This document shows, piece by piece, positions 18,927 to 30,492 of a DNA stretch of 64,000 bases. The notes beneath the pieces were generated by a model. That model ran no database searches. It worked only from the letters and a program-made list of their open reading frames with translations, and had not been told where the DNA came from. The stretch's first letter is position 1, and each line of letters begins with the position of its first letter. This DNA comes from an uncultured delta proteobacterium (GTDB lineage: Bacteria; Desulfobacterota; Binatia; UBA9968): positions 32,001 through 96,000 of the forward strand of contig CAVWLW010000025.1 in the NCBI GenBank assembly GCA_963755715.1, written 5' to 3'. A program made the translations under genes and the position numbers.

Positions 18927-19790
18927 GTGAAGTTAGCCGACCTGTATGCCCGGCCCGGCTTGACCCTATCGGTCGAGTTCTTTCCTCCGAAGACGGAAAA
19001 AGGCGAGGAAAACCTCTTTAGCGAAATAGAGATCATCAAGAGGCTCAATCCTGGCTTTTGTTCCGTTACGTACGGGGCTGGCGGAAGCACGCGCGAAAAA
19101 ACCCTCGACCTGGTCGAGGCCATTCATGACCACTACGGACTGGAGGTCATGTGTCACTTGACCGTGGTCGGACAGTCCAAAGACGATGCGCGCGCGATCC
19201 TGAGCCGGCTCAAAAGCAAAAGGATTGAAAACGTCCTTGCGCTGGGCGGCGATCCGCCCCAGGGCACGGAGAATTGGCGCCCCCATCCCGATGGTTTTCA
19301 CTACGCCATCGAGCTGGTTCGAGAGGCCGCGGCGCTTGGCTGCTTTTCGATCGGCGTGGCCGGTTTCCCGGAAATCCATCCTCGCGCGGTGGACCGGATG
19401 TCGGATTTAAAATTCTTAAAGGAAAAAGTGGATGCCGGCGCCACAACTGTAATTACCCAACTATTTTTTGATAACGATGACTACTATCGCTTCGCCGAAG
19501 ATCTGCGAAAACTTGGCTTGAGGGTTCCGATCGTGCCTGGCGTCTTGCCGATATTGTCGGCGTCGCAAGTACGCCGCTTTACCGCGTTATGCTGCGCCAA
19601 GATCCCGGCGAAATTAGAGAGTCAACTGGCCAAGGTGGAAACCGACGACGAAGCGGCGGTCGAGGTCGGGATCGAATATGCCACCCGCCAGTGCGAGGAA
19701 TTGATCAAGTTCGGCATCAAGGGACTTCACTTCTATTCGCTGAACAAATCCTATTCCGTCAGCGCGATCTGCAAAAACTTGGGCCTGTGA
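18927..19790 (+). CDS. metF: 5,10-methylenetetrahydrofolate reductase
   Basis: [23 protein letters not shown] and HFYSLN. Confidence 0.95.
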   Translation: MKLADLYARPGLTLSVEFFPPKTEKGEENLFSEIEIIKRLNPGFCSVTYGAGGSTREKTLDLVEAIHDHYGLEVMCHLTVVGQSKDDARAILSRLKSKRIENVLALGGDPPQGTENWRPHPDGFHYAIELVREAAALGCFSIGVAGFPEIHPRAVDRMSDLKFLKEKVDAGATTVITQLFFDNDDYYRFAEDLRKLGLRVPIVPGVLPILSASQVRRFTALCCAKIPAKLESQLAKVETDDEAAVEVGIEYATRQCEELIKFGIKGLHFYSLNKSYSVSAICKNLGL

Positions 19791-19858
19791 TCCATTGCGC
19801 CTGCTCCGCCGATTTTCACAGGCAGGAGCGCAGCGCTTTATACGAACGCGAGAGCAAA

Positions 19859-21365
19859 ATGGCTGAGAACGATTCCAATCCCAGCGAAACTTCCGTCGAG
19901 CAGGTCGAAGTGCGCAAGCAAAAGCTCGCCAAGCTCAAGGCGGCGGGCTCGGTGGTGTATCCGAACGATTTCAAACCGACACACACCGCTTCGGAAATTA
20001 TCGATAAATTTACCGGCGCCAGCGATGAAGAGCTGGCCGGCGCGCCAAAGAATTTGCACATCGCGGGACGGATCATGGCGCTGCGGCGCATGGGCAAAGC
20101 TTCTTTTTTTCATCTGCAGGATCGCCGCGGGCGTCTGCAGATTTATATCCAGCAGAATAGCGTGGGCGAAGAAGTCTACGGGTTGTTTCGCACCGTGGAC
20201 GTGGGCGATATCGTCGGCGTCTCCGGCCACTTATTTCGTACCCGAACCAAGGAACTGACGCTGGACGCGACAAGCTTGCGACTCCTGGCGAAATGCTTGC
20301 GACCGCTGCCGGAGAAGTGGCACGGCTTGGCCGATGTCGAAGCGCGCTATCGCCAGCGCTATCTCGATCTAATGGTCAATCCCGAAGTGCGCCAGGTTTT
20401 CGAGAAGCGTTCGCGAATTATCGGGCTGCTGCGGCGTTTTTTCGAAGCGCGCGACTTTCTCGAAGTCGAAACGCCGATGATGCAGCCGATCCCGGGCGGC
20501 GCGGCGGCGCGGCCGTTCATTACGCACCATAACGCTCTCGATATGGAGCTCTACCTGCGGGTGGCGCCGGAACTTTTTTTAAAGCGTTTGCTCGTCGGCG
20601 GCTTCGAGCGCGTCTTCGAGCTGAACCGGAATTTTCGCAACGAGGGAATTTCCGTGCGCCACAATCCGGAATTTACCATGGTCGAGTTCTATCAGGCCTA
20701 CGCAAGCTTCGAAGACCTGATGCAGTTGACCGAAGAACTTTTCGTGAACCTTGGCCCAAGAAGTGGTCGGTTCGCTGCAACTAACGTATGGGGATCATGT
20801 GATCGATCTGGCGACGCCGTGGCGCCGGCTGACTCTCGCCGAAGCGATCATGGCGCACGGCGGCGCAGAAAAGGACAATGTCGCTACTCTCGACGGGCTG
20901 CAGCGGTTCGCCAAGAAAAAGGAAGTGCATCTTGATTTAAGCGCGTCCTATGGCCATGCGTTAGTGGAAGTCTTTGAAGCCGTCGCCGAGGCGCAGTTGA
21001 TTCAACCGACGTTTATCACCGGCTATCCGATCGAGGTGTCGCCTTTGGCGCGGAAAAACGATGCGAACCCGGCGATGGTCGATCGCTTCGAGCTCTATAT
21101 CGGCGGCCGCGAGTTGGCTAACGCCTTCTCGGAGCTCAATGATCCAGCCGATCAACGCGAACGCTTTCTCGAACAGATGGCCGCGCGCGAGTCGGGCGAC
21201 GACACGGCGAATCCGATCGACGATGATTACGTGCGCGCGCTCGAATACGGCATGCCGCCGGCTGCCGGCGAAGGCATCGGCATCGATCGGCTGGTGATGC
21301 TGCTTACCAACTCGGCTTCGATCCGCGACGTTATCCTATTTCCGTTGCTTCGCCCGCAGCGCTAG
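19859..21365 (+). CDS. lysS: Lysine--tRNA ligase (class II); +1 frameshift near 20749
   Basis: [23 protein letters not shown] and [16 protein letters not shown]. Confidence 0.96.
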
Positions 21366-21382
21366 GCCGGACCTTCACTCAC

Positions 21383-22630
21383 ATGAAATATGAGCTATTT
21401 ATAGGCTTGCGCTATTTGCAGGCGCGTCGGCAAGAAACTTTCATTTCACTCATCACGGTGATTTCGGTGCTCGGCGTCATGATCGGTGTGATGACGCTCA
21501 ACGTCGTGATGGCGGTCATGACCGGCTTCGAAGAAACCTTGCGCGACCGTCTGCTCGGAATCAATGCTCACATAGCCTTGGTAAAGTCGGGAGATTCATT
21601 GCGCGACTATGAGAGATTGCTCCAGCAAGTGGCCAAGGAAGACGGCGTGGTGGCGGCTACGCCGACGATTTACGGTCAAGTGATGCTCACCTCCGGTTCG
21701 CGCGTCTCCGGGGTTGTGGTGCGCGGCGTCGATCCCAATCGGGTCAATAGCGTTGTCAATCTACAAAGCTTTGTCCGCGAGGGAAGCCTCGTCGGATTGA
21801 CGACCCCACAGCCGGTCCAAGTGGAAGATCGGACCGTTTTATTGCCTGGGATTATTTTAGGCGAGCGGTTGGCCAATCAGTTGGGCGCCTTTCTCGGCAG
21901 TCCCGTTCAGGTGGTCTCGCCCTTGGGTAGCCCAACCGCTATCGGTGTAATACCCAAGGTGCGCCGCTTCGCCGTCACCGGAATCCTTCGAACGGGCATG
22001 AGCGAAATCGATTCGACCTTGGTGCTCATGTCGCTCGCCGATGCGCAGAAATTCTTTGAGCTGGAGGGGGCGGTGACCAATATCGAGATCCGGATCAAAG
22101 ACGTCAATCGATCCCGGGAGGTAGCAGATCAGATTCAACGGCATTTCGGCTTTCCTTACTTTGCCGAGGATTGGACGCGGCTCTGGCCCAACCTTTTTTC
22201 CGCCCTCAAGCTCGAAAAGACGGTTTATTTTTTGGTGCTTTTGCTGATGGTTTTGATCGGCGCATTTAACATCATCTCGACCCTAGTCATGGTCGTGATG
22301 GAAAAGAAAAAGGACATCGCGATACTGCGCTCCATGGGCGCCACGCAAAAAAGCATCCGCAAAATATTTTTGTTAAAAGGCTGCATTATTGGCGTCGTCG
22401 GAACGACCCTCGGTGTGGTCCTCGGCCTGCTCGTGTGCGCGCTCATTTCTGAGTACGGCTTTCAATTGCCGGACGGTGTATTTCTGATATCGACGGTGCC
22501 CGTGCGAATTTATGTCAGCAACTTTGTCCTGGTCGCGTGCACGTCTTTCGCGGTCTCCTTATTGGCCAGCCTCTACCCGGCGCGCCAAGCCGCGAAATTG
22601 GATCCGGTAGAAATTATCCGCTATGAGTAA
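21383..22630 (+). CDS. lolE: Lipoprotein-releasing ABC transporter permease LolC/E
   Basis: FISLITVISVLGV, EKKKDIAILRSMGA and YPARQAAKLDP. Overlaps lolD. Confidence 0.93.
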   Translation: MKYELFIGLRYLQARRQETFISLITVISVLGVMIGVMTLNVVMAVMTGFEETLRDRLLGINAHIALVKSGDSLRDYERLLQQVAKEDGVVAATPTIYGQVMLTSGSRVSGVVVRGVDPNRVNSVVNLQSFVREGSLVGLTTPQPVQVEDRTVLLPGIILGERLANQLGAFLGSPVQVVSPLGSPTAIGVIPKVRRFAVTGILRTGMSEIDSTLVLMSLADAQKFFELEGAVTNIEIRIKDVNRSREVADQIQRHFGFPYFAEDWTRLWPNLFSALKLEKTVYFLVLLLMVLIGAFNIISTLVMVVMEKKKDIAILRSMGATQKSIRKIFLLKGCIIGVVGTTLGVVLGLLVCALISEYGFQLPDGVFLISTVPVRIYVSNFVLVACTSFAVSLLASLYPARQAAKLDPVEIIRYE

Positions 22631-23300
22631 CCTCCTGTCGGTCAAGGAGCTGCAAAAATCATTTTCCGAAGGCGGCAATGAGATCCATGTTTTGCAGGGT
22701 GTCAATTTTGATTTGGCCGAAGGCGAGCGTCTGGCGGTGGTTGGTGAGTCAGGCGTTGGTAAGAGCACCTTGCTGCATATTCTCGGCACCCTCGACCGGC
22801 CGACGGGGGGCAAAATACTTTTTGGCGGCAAGCAGCTGCCGCTCGACGATGAGGCCGCACTGTGCGAGTTTCGCAACCGGCAAATCGGCTTTGTCTTTCA
22901 GTTTCATTATCTCCTACCTGATTTCTCAGCCCTGGAAAACGTTATGTTTCCGGCACTGATCCAAGGAATAGAACCGGCACAGGCCAAGCGCGAGGCCGTA
23001 CAATTGTTGGATTTAGTCGGCTTGACCGATAGGCTAAGTCACCGTCCGGGCAAGCTTTCTGGAGGTGAACAGCAGCGGGTCGCGGTGGCGCGCGCGGTAA
23101 TTCTGAAGCCGAAGCTGGTCTTGGCGGATGAGCCAACCGGATCGCTTGATTTGCGCATCGGCGAGGAAGTTCAAGATTTGCTGTTCCGGCTTAACGAAGA
23201 GCATGGGATCGGCTTGATAGTTGCCACTCACAACCGGCAATTTGCCAAAAAAATCGGCCGCTGCGTCGAGCTGAGAGAGGGGCGGTTGGCGGGCACTTAG
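22623..23300 (+). CDS. lolD: Lipoprotein-releasing ABC transporter ATPase
   Basis: [19 protein letters not shown] and [10 protein letters not shown]. Confidence 0.93.
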   Translation: MSNLLSVKELQKSFSEGGNEIHVLQGVNFDLAEGERLAVVGESGVGKSTLLHILGTLDRPTGGKILFGGKQLPLDDEAALCEFRNRQIGFVFQFHYLLPDFSALENVMFPALIQGIEPAQAKREAVQLLDLVGLTDRLSHRPGKLSGGEQQRVAVARAVILKPKLVLADEPTGSLDLRIGEEVQDLLFRLNEEHGIGLIVATHNRQFAKKIGRCVELREGRLAGT

Positions 23301-23422
23301 GGTGCTATTTTTAGGACGTTCCCTTGCTAGGCACATTAAAAACACCTTTACAAAAGTACTGGTATTTGCTAAAAATTCAAAAGTATTCACCCGTTTTTTG
23401 ATGTTCGGTTCGTCCATTCCCG

Positions 23423-25828
23423 ATGGAATTTTTTAAAACCGCTGGAGCGCTCGCTGTCGTTTTTTTTCTATACCTGTCGTTGTTCGTTACCAACGTGGTT
23501 TCAGCCCAAGCGCAAACTCGAGAAAAAGTCGTCCTCAAAAATATCCAAATTAGTGGCAACGTAAGAGTCGAAGATGACGGCATCCGCTTGCACGTGAAAA
23601 GCCGGGCCGGCGAGGTGTTCGATCCAGCGACCGTCGATCAAGACGTCAAAGCCATCTACAGGATGGGATTTTTCGACGACGTTCAAGCCGAGCTTTCGCC
23701 TGATGGAGTCTTGACCTACGCAGTCACAGAGAAACCATATATTCGCGAAGTCAAAATCCAAGGTGCCTCGCAGGTTTCCAAAGAAAAGATCGAGTCGGCG
23801 TTGGGCGTAGGCGCGCGCACGATTTTGGATCGAAGCAAAGTCGCCGAAGGCGTCGATAAAGTGCGAAAACTCTATAACGAGCAAGGCTACGTCAACGCCG
23901 CAATCGATCACGCTGTGACGGTGGAGTCGAACAATCAAGCGGTGATTACTCTCGACATTAACGAGGGCAATCGGCTGCTGATCAAAAGGATCGAGTTCGA
24001 GGGCAACAAGGCCTTTTCGGATGGTGAGCTTAAAGGGCTGATCGCGACGAAGGAAGAGTGGATTTTCTCGTTTATTACCAACCGTGGCGTTCTTGATCGC
24101 GACATGCTGACCAACGATGTGGCGATTTTATCGAATTACTATAACGATAACGGCTATGTCGAACATAAAATCGATGATCCGGTGATCTTGCGCGGGCGCG
24201 ACGGTTTGGAGGTCGTTTTTCGCATCAGCGAAGGCCCGCAGTATCGCGTCGGCAAGGTTGAGATTGGCGGTGAACTGATTCAGGATGGCCGTCAGATGCT
24301 CAAATCGGTCAAGCTTACCACCGGGCAGATCTTTCGCGGCAGTCGCTTACGCGACGATGTCACAAGCCTAACGGATATGTACTCGAACAAAGGCTTTGCT
24401 TTTGTTCAAGTCGATCCGATTACAAGGGTGAACGCGACGGACAAGAAGGTCGACGTGGCGTTGGTGATTACCAAAGGCCCGCCAGTGTATTTTAATCGAG
24501 TATTGGTCGCCGGCAATACGAAAACACGCGACAAGGTCGTGCGGCGCGAATTACTCACAAACGAACAGGAGCTTTTTTCGGGCGCAAAAATCACGCAGAG
24601 CCGCAACGCGTTGCAACGAACCGGCTACTTCGAGGACGTACAGCTCACCACGAAAAAAACTGATCAGTCGGATACCGTCGATTTGATGGTGGACGTGAAG
24701 GAAGGACCCACGGGGACCTTTCAAGTGGGCGCCGGCTATAGCAGCGGCGATGGCTTTCTTTTCAATACCAATGTTTCGGAAAAGAATCTGCTGGGAAGAG
24801 GACAAGGAGTTACCGGTAATTTCAGCATCGGCTCGCGCCGACAAGACTATATCCTCAACTTTACCGAGCCCTATTTTAGGGACACCAAGGCTTCCCTAGG
24901 CCTTGCTTTATTCAATACCACACGTGATTACGACGATTTCAACGAGCATAAATTGGGTTTTGGCGTCAATACGAGTTACCCTCTGAACGACTTTCGCATG
25001 CCATTTTTTGGCCGGAGCGAAAAAGAAAAAGGCTCCGACGTACTGGCCAGTAACCCGGCGACGAGTATGTGGGACTACATGCGCGCCGGCGTTGCCTACG
25101 ATTTGACTCGTGAAGATATCAATGGCGTTTCGGCCAACGCCGCTGAATCGATCAAAAGTGAGGCGGGACAGTCGCTGACGAGCGCTGTGACTCCCGGCAT
25201 GACTTACGACAGTCGCGATCATTTTTTTGCTCCCACCGAGGGCACCAAGTCCGCGTTCGCGGTAAAAATGGCCGGCTTGGGCGGTGATAGTCGTTTTATC
25301 AAATCCGATGTGAGTGGGCGGTGGCATTATCCGTTGCTCAAAGATCCAAACTGGGGCGGTGCTTACGTGTTGGCGTTAGGCGGTTCGCTCGGTTACGGCA
25401 TCGGATACGGTCAAGGAAGCAATGGCCAACACGACTTGCCGCTTTTCGAGCGGTACTTTCTCGGCGGAATCAATTCAGTGCGCGGTTTCCAGGAAAGAAG
25501 CATAGCGCCGCGCGCGCCCTCCGAGTGCGATCCCAACGGCCAGAACTGCACATCGACGGAGGTGGTCGGCGGCGACAAGGCGGTGGTTGTAAACACCGAG
25601 CTGCTATTTCCGATCATGGAGTCCTACGGCGTGCGCGGCGTGGCATTTTTCGATATGGGGAATGCCTTTACGGACTCGCTTAATTTCAATGATTTCAGAC
25701 GCTCGGTCGGCGCTGGAGTGCGCTGGATGTCTCCATTCGGCCCGTTGCGCGTCGAGCTCGGCTTCCCGATCAACAAGAAGCCGCACGATGAAACCTCGGT
25801 GCTCGGTTTCTCCATCGGCAGTCAGTAG
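23423..25828 (+). CDS. bamA: Outer membrane protein assembly factor BamA
   Basis: POTRA repeats, GNTKTRDKVVRRE, VRGF loop and WMSPFGPL. Confidence 0.96.
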   Translation: MEFFKTAGALAVVFFLYLSLFVTNVVSAQAQTREKVVLKNIQISGNVRVEDDGIRLHVKSRAGEVFDPATVDQDVKAIYRMGFFDDVQAELSPDGVLTYAVTEKPYIREVKIQGASQVSKEKIESALGVGARTILDRSKVAEGVDKVRKLYNEQGYVNAAIDHAVTVESNNQAVITLDINEGNRLLIKRIEFEGNKAFSDGELKGLIATKEEWIFSFITNRGVLDRDMLTNDVAILSNYYNDNGYVEHKIDDPVILRGRDGLEVVFRISEGPQYRVGKVEIGGELIQDGRQMLKSVKLTTGQIFRGSRLRDDVTSLTDMYSNKGFAFVQVDPITRVNATDKKVDVALVITKGPPVYFNRVLVAGNTKTRDKVVRRELLTNEQELFSGAKITQSRNALQRTGYFEDVQLTTKKTDQSDTVDLMVDVKEGPTGTFQVGAGYSSGDGFLFNTNVSEKNLLGRGQGVTGNFSIGSRRQDYILNFTEPYFRDTKASLGLALFNTTRDYDDFNEHKLGFGVNTSYPLNDFRMPFFGRSEKEKGSDVLASNPATSMWDYMRAGVAYDLTREDINGVSANAAESIKSEAGQSLTSAVTPGMTYDSRDHFFAPTEGTKSAFAVKMAGLGGDSRFIKSDVSGRWHYPLLKDPNWGGAYVLALGGSLGYGIGYGQGSNGQHDLPLFERYFLGGINSVRGFQERSIAPRAPSECDPNGQNCTSTEVVGGDKAVVVNTELLFPIMESYGVRGVAFFDMGNAFTDSLNFNDFRRSVGAGVRWMSPFGPLRVELGFPINKKPHDETSVLGFSIGSQ

Positions 25829-25872
25829 CGACTGCCGCTCAACAATTTGTACCCTATTTACCGGAGGTCTTA

Positions 25873-26382
25873 GTGAAGTATTGGCTGGCGGTGGGATTGC
25901 TGGTTCTTTCGTGCGCGCCATCGTTCGCGCAGGAAAGGATAAAGATTGGCTTTATCGATATCCAACGCGTGGTTCAAGAGTCGCAGGCGGGAAAAAGAGC
26001 CAAGGAACGATTTCAAGCCCAGGTCAAAAAAGCCGAGGCCGATATCGTGAAGGAGCGCCAAGAACTGGATCGAATGAAGAGCGACCTCGAGAAAAAAGGC
26101 CCGCTTTTGAAAGAAGAAGAGCGACGTAATCTTGAGGCCGAGTTCCAAAAGCGCTCCGTGACTTTGCAAAGAACCATGACCGATTATCAGCAAGAGCTGC
26201 AGGCGAAAAATAATCAGTTGATGTCGGATATTCTCAAAGAATTGGAAGCGATCGTCAACGAAGTCGGCAAAGCCGATAAATTTACCTTGATTCTGGAGCG
26301 CTCGCAGATCCTTTATAGCGATCAGGGAATCGATATCACCAGTAAAGTGATCGAAACTTACAATAATCGGAATAAGAAGTAA
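25873..26382 (+). CDS. skp: Periplasmic chaperone Skp/OmpH
   Basis: Signal peptide, KIGFIDIQRV, coiled coil and DITSKVI. Lies between bamA and lpxD. Confidence 0.93.
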   Translation: MKYWLAVGLLVLSCAPSFAQERIKIGFIDIQRVVQESQAGKRAKERFQAQVKKAEADIVKERQELDRMKSDLEKKGPLLKEEERRNLEAEFQKRSVTLQRTMTDYQQELQAKNNQLMSDILKELEAIVNEVGKADKFTLILERSQILYSDQGIDITSKVIETYNNRNKK

Positions 26383-27463
26383 GTGGCGACAGGGAGAAGC
26401 CTCAGTGAACTTGCCGTTCTCGTCGGTGGCAAGCTCATTGGAGAGGGCGCTACGATCATCGGCAAAGTAGCGTCGATCGACGAAGCCGGCCCGGGCGATA
26501 TCACTTTTCTCAGCAATCCGCGCTATCGGCGTTTTTTGCCGCGGTGTCGAGCGAGCGCTGTCATCGTCGGTCCCGGCATTATCGATGAAGGTCAACGAGA
26601 AACGAAGTTAAGCTTTATCGAAGCGGCCGATCCGTACATTGCCTTTGCAAAGATTTTCCAGCTCTTCTGCCCGGCGCCGCAATTCAGCGGGCGAAGTAAG
26701 CCCTGGAGCTTTTGTCGATGCCAGCGCCATTATTGCCGAAAAGGTAACCATTTTCGCCGGTGCTTTTGTCGGCAAACGCGTTCGGATTGGCACGGGCACG
26801 GTGCTTTTTCCCGGCGTCTTTGTCGGTGACGATGCTCAAGTGGGCGGCGATTGCATCCTTCATCCGAATGTTGTGGTGCGCGAAGCCTGCCGGTTGGGCG
26901 AGCGCGTGATACTGCACGCCGGCGTCGTGATCGGCAGCGATGGGTTCGGGTATGCGGGCAGCGGCGCTCAACGGGTCAAGATTCCCCAGGCTGGAATCGT
27001 CGTTCTGGAAGACGACGTTGAAATCGGTGCGAACACTACGGTAGATCGCGCCACGATCGGACGAACCGTGATTGAGCGCGGCGTCAAAATCGACAATCTG
27101 GTGCAAATCGCCCACAATGTGGCGGTGGGCGAGTATTCGGTGATCGCGGCGCAGGCCGGAGTTGCGGGCAGCTCGCGTTTGGGGCGAAACGTGACCTTGG
27201 CTGGACAAGTAGGCGTGGTCAATCATATTGAAATCGGCGATGGCGCGATGATCGGTCCGCAATCCGGAATCGCCCAGTCCGTGCCTTCCGGCGCCGTGCT
27301 TTCCAGCGGTATCGCGGCGGCGCCGCATCACGAATGGTTAAAGGTCATGGCTTTGCTTCCCCAACTTCCCAAGCTGTGGAATGCGGTGCGGCGCTTGGAG
27401 AAGCAGTGTGCGGGCATGCTCAAAGGGAAGGAAAAGGAGTTGGATCGCGATGCTGAGCGTTAA
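26383..27463 (+). CDS. lpxD: UDP-3-O-acyl-glucosamine N-acyltransferase; +1 frameshift near 26690
   Basis: [17 protein letters not shown] and [12 protein letters not shown] with hexapeptide repeats. Confidence 0.95.
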
Positions 27464-27887
27464 CGACATCTTCAAATATATTCCGCACCGTTATCCGTTC
27501 TTGCTCGTCGACCGCATTTTGGAAATCCAGGGTGAGGAGAAGATTATCGGGATCAAGAACGTCACCATCAATGAACACTTCTTTCTCGGCCATTTTCCGC
27601 ACCGGCCGGTGATGCCAGGAGTGTTGATCTGTGAAGCGATGGCGCAAGTGGGCGCTATTTTTGCCCACAACGCGCGCGGCGGCATGGCGGACAATCGAGT
27701 TTTTGTGCTTACCGGCTTGGACAACGTAAAGTTTAAACGGCCGGTGGAGCCCGGCGATCAATTGCGCATGGAGCTTACCTGTTTGAAGCGGCGCGGCTCG
27801 TTTTGGAAAATGCAGGGAGTCGCCACAGTGGACGGCAATCTCGTGGCGCAGGCGGAAATCTCCGCGATGGAAATCGAATTGGCCTGA
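27450..27887 (+). CDS. fabZ: 3-hydroxyacyl-ACP dehydratase
   Basis: [12 protein letters not shown] and [20 protein letters not shown]. Confidence 0.96.
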   Translation: MLSVNDIFKYIPHRYPFLLVDRILEIQGEEKIIGIKNVTINEHFFLGHFPHRPVMPGVLICEAMAQVGAIFAHNARGGMADNRVFVLTGLDNVKFKRPVEPGDQLRMELTCLKRRGSFWKMQGVATVDGNLVAQAEISAMEIELA

Positions 27888-27902
27888 AGAGCGTTTGGTG
27901 AA

Positions 27903-28679
27903 ATGAGCCGAGTGCACCCAACGGCGATTGTCGATGCGCGCGCCGAGATCGACGGCGATGTTCAGATCGGTCCTTATTGCGTCATCGGCGCCGGCGTGAG
28001 GATCGGCAAAGGGTGTCGAGTTCATTCTCACGCGGTCATTACCGGGCGCACCACGCTCGGCGAAGGCAACGTGGTATTTCCTTTCGCGACTATCGGTGAC
28101 ACGCCGCAGGATCTCAAATATAAGGGCGAACCGAGCGAGCTTTTGATCGGCAATCGTAACACGATACGCGAGTATGTTTCGCTCAATCCAGGGACCACAG
28201 GCGGCGGCATGGTGACCCGGGTGGGCGATCAGAATCTCTTGATGATGCAGTGCCACATCGCCCATGATTGCCTCCTCGGCGATCGTAACGTTGTCGCCAA
28301 CGGCGCCACGCTCGGCGGCCACGTCGTGATCGAGGACTTCGTGATCGTGGGTGGGCTGGTCGGAATCCATCAATTCGTGCGCATTGGCACGGGAGCTATC
28401 CTCGGCGCCGGCTCGATGGTTTCCAAGGACGTGCCACCGTACTGTAACGCCACGGGCGACCGCGCCAAGCTGCACGGGCTAAACCTCGAAGGTCTCAAGC
28501 GGCGGGGTTTCGACAAGACCGTGATCGCCTTGCTGCGCAAAGCCTATCGCATTGTCTTTCAATCGGCCCTCAGAACCGAGGATGCCCTGAAAAAAATCCG
28601 CGAAGAATTGCCAGCGATTCCCGAAATTGAAAAATTTGCTTCCTTCATTGCACAGTCCGGGCGCGGGGTTTGCCGCTGA
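27903..28679 (+). CDS. lpxA: UDP-GlcNAc acyltransferase
   Basis: PQDLKYKG, HIAHDC and HQFVRIG. Confidence 0.96.
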   Translation: MSRVHPTAIVDARAEIDGDVQIGPYCVIGAGVRIGKGCRVHSHAVITGRTTLGEGNVVFPFATIGDTPQDLKYKGEPSELLIGNRNTIREYVSLNPGTTGGGMVTRVGDQNLLMMQCHIAHDCLLGDRNVVANGATLGGHVVIEDFVIVGGLVGIHQFVRIGTGAILGAGSMVSKDVPPYCNATGDRAKLHGLNLEGLKRRGFDKTVIALLRKAYRIVFQSALRTEDALKKIREELPAIPEIEKFASFIAQSGRGVCR

Positions 28680-28724
28680 GTCAGCGCTTTTAACTGCTTC
28701 GACGCAGAGCAATTATCTTTCCTT

Positions 28725-29537
28725 GTGAAGAAGTTGGGATTAATTGCGGGCAATGGCAAGTTCCCTCTGCTTTTCGCCGAGGAGGCGAAACGCGAAGGCT
28801 ATCGCGTTGTCGCCGCTGCCCATTATGGCGAGACCGAGAAGACAATCGGTGAAGCTGCCGACGAGGTCACCTGGGTCTATGTCGGCCAGCTTGGCAAAAT
28901 TATCGGCGTCTTTCAGCGCGCCGGCGTAACCGAAGCTGTAATGGCGGGTGGCATTCGCAAAGTGAAATTGTTCGGCAATTTTCGTCCCGATTTGCGCGGC
29001 GCGCGATTTCTGGCCAAGCTCAAAAGCCGGGAAGACGACGCTTTGCTCCGCGGCATTGCTGAAGAGCTCGCGGCCGACGGTATTCGGGTCTTGGAATCGA
29101 CGCTTTGCCTGCCGCATATCATTGCCACGGCCGGCGTGCTGACCAGGCGGGCGCCGCGCCGGGAGGAGTGGAACGATATCAAGTTGGGTTTTCGCACCGC
29201 AAAGGAAGTAGGCCGCTTGGGCATTGGTCAAACAGTCGTAGTCAAGCATCAAATCGTGGTCGCCGTCGAGGCGGTGGAAGGCACCGATGCGGCGATTGAG
29301 CGCGGCGGACGACTGGCCAAGCCCGGCTGTGTGGTGGTGAAAGTGAGCAAACCGCAGCAAGATCTGCGCTTCGATGTGCCCGCGGTCGGCGTCGACACCG
29401 TGTATCGTCTGCATGAAATCGGCGGAACGGTTCTGGCGGTCGAAGCGGGCAAGACAATTTTATTGGAGAAAGAAAGTTTGTTGAGCCAAGCCGACGCCTA
29501 TGGGATTTCCGTCGTCGGGGTCAGCGGTGAGGAATAG
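28725..29537 (+). CDS. lpxI: UDP-2,3-diacylglucosamine diphosphatase LpxI
   Basis: GLIAGNG, IGQTVVV, EAVEGTD and QDLRFDVP. Confidence 0.93.
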   Translation: MKKLGLIAGNGKFPLLFAEEAKREGYRVVAAAHYGETEKTIGEAADEVTWVYVGQLGKIIGVFQRAGVTEAVMAGGIRKVKLFGNFRPDLRGARFLAKLKSREDDALLRGIAEELAADGIRVLESTLCLPHIIATAGVLTRRAPRREEWNDIKLGFRTAKEVGRLGIGQTVVVKHQIVVAVEAVEGTDAAIERGGRLAKPGCVVVKVSKPQQDLRFDVPAVGVDTVYRLHEIGGTVLAVEAGKTILLEKESLLSQADAYGISVVGVSGEE

Positions 29538-30473
29538 ATGGCTATGGCGGAGAACGGAATCGCAAGCGGTGTCGTCGGCGTCGGCTACCTTGGCAAATTT
29601 CACGCCGAAAAATACGTCGCATCGACTAAGGCGAAGCTTGTCGCCGTGGCCGATATTGATGCGGCGCGCGCGGCGGCGGTCGGCGCGACGGTTCGCGCCG
29701 CAGCGCTGACGGACTATCGGGAAATGTTTGGCCGGGTGCGTTGCGTCAGCATCGCCGTGCCGACGCGCCTGCATTTTCAGGTGGCGCGCGATTTTATCGA
29801 AGCCGGCATCGACGTACTGGTTGAAAAACCGCTTACGGCGGATATCGCCGAGGCACGCGAGCTTGTGCAATTGGCGCAGGCAAAAAACGTCATTCTTCAG
29901 GTCGGTCATCTCGAGCGCTTCAATCCGGCGATCCGCCGTCTCGAAGGAGTAATTCGTGAGCCCAAGTTTGTCGAGTGCCACCGGCTGGCGCCATTCATTG
30001 AGCGCGGCACTGATGTCGACGTGGTCCTGGACCTGATGATTCACGATATCGACGTGATCGCGAGTTTGGTCCGTGCCCCGGTCGAACGGGTCGAGGCGGT
30101 CGGGGTCCCGGTCTTGACCGATAAACCGGATATCGCCAATGCGCGGATCAATTTTACCAATGGTTGTATTGCCAATGTGACCTCGAGCCGGGTTTCGCTC
30201 AAACGCGAGCGCAAGATTCGCTTTTTTCAGCCCGATGCCTATATCTCGATCGATTATGATCAGCGCCGCGCGCAGATTTTCTACAAGCCCGCGCCAGGCG
30301 CGGGATGGCTCGACATCCGCACGGAATCCATCGAAATCAAAGAAGGTGACGCGCTTGCGGACGAAGTCGACTCTTTTCTGGATTGCGTGGCCAGCAGGAA
30401 TCTCCCTTTGGTCGGCGGCGCGGAGGGTTTGCGCGCTCTCGAGATCGCCTCGCTGATCAGCGCGCAGCTGTGA
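29538..30473 (+). CDS. gnnA: Gfo/Idh/MocA oxidoreductase, GnnA-like UDP-GlcNAc 3-dehydrogenase
   Basis: GVGYLG, EKP, GHLERFNP and DLMIHDID. Positioned between lpxA/lpxI and lpxB. Confidence 0.75.
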   Translation: MAMAENGIASGVVGVGYLGKFHAEKYVASTKAKLVAVADIDAARAAAVGATVRAAALTDYREMFGRVRCVSIAVPTRLHFQVARDFIEAGIDVLVEKPLTADIAEARELVQLAQAKNVILQVGHLERFNPAIRRLEGVIREPKFVECHRLAPFIERGTDVDVVLDLMIHDIDVIASLVRAPVERVEAVGVPVLTDKPDIANARINFTNGCIANVTSSRVSLKRERKIRFFQPDAYISIDYDQRRAQIFYKPAPGAGWLDIRTESIEIKEGDALADEVDSFLDCVASRNLPLVGGAEGLRALEIASLISAQL

Positions 30474-30492
30474 CCGTCCGTTCTGGTAACTC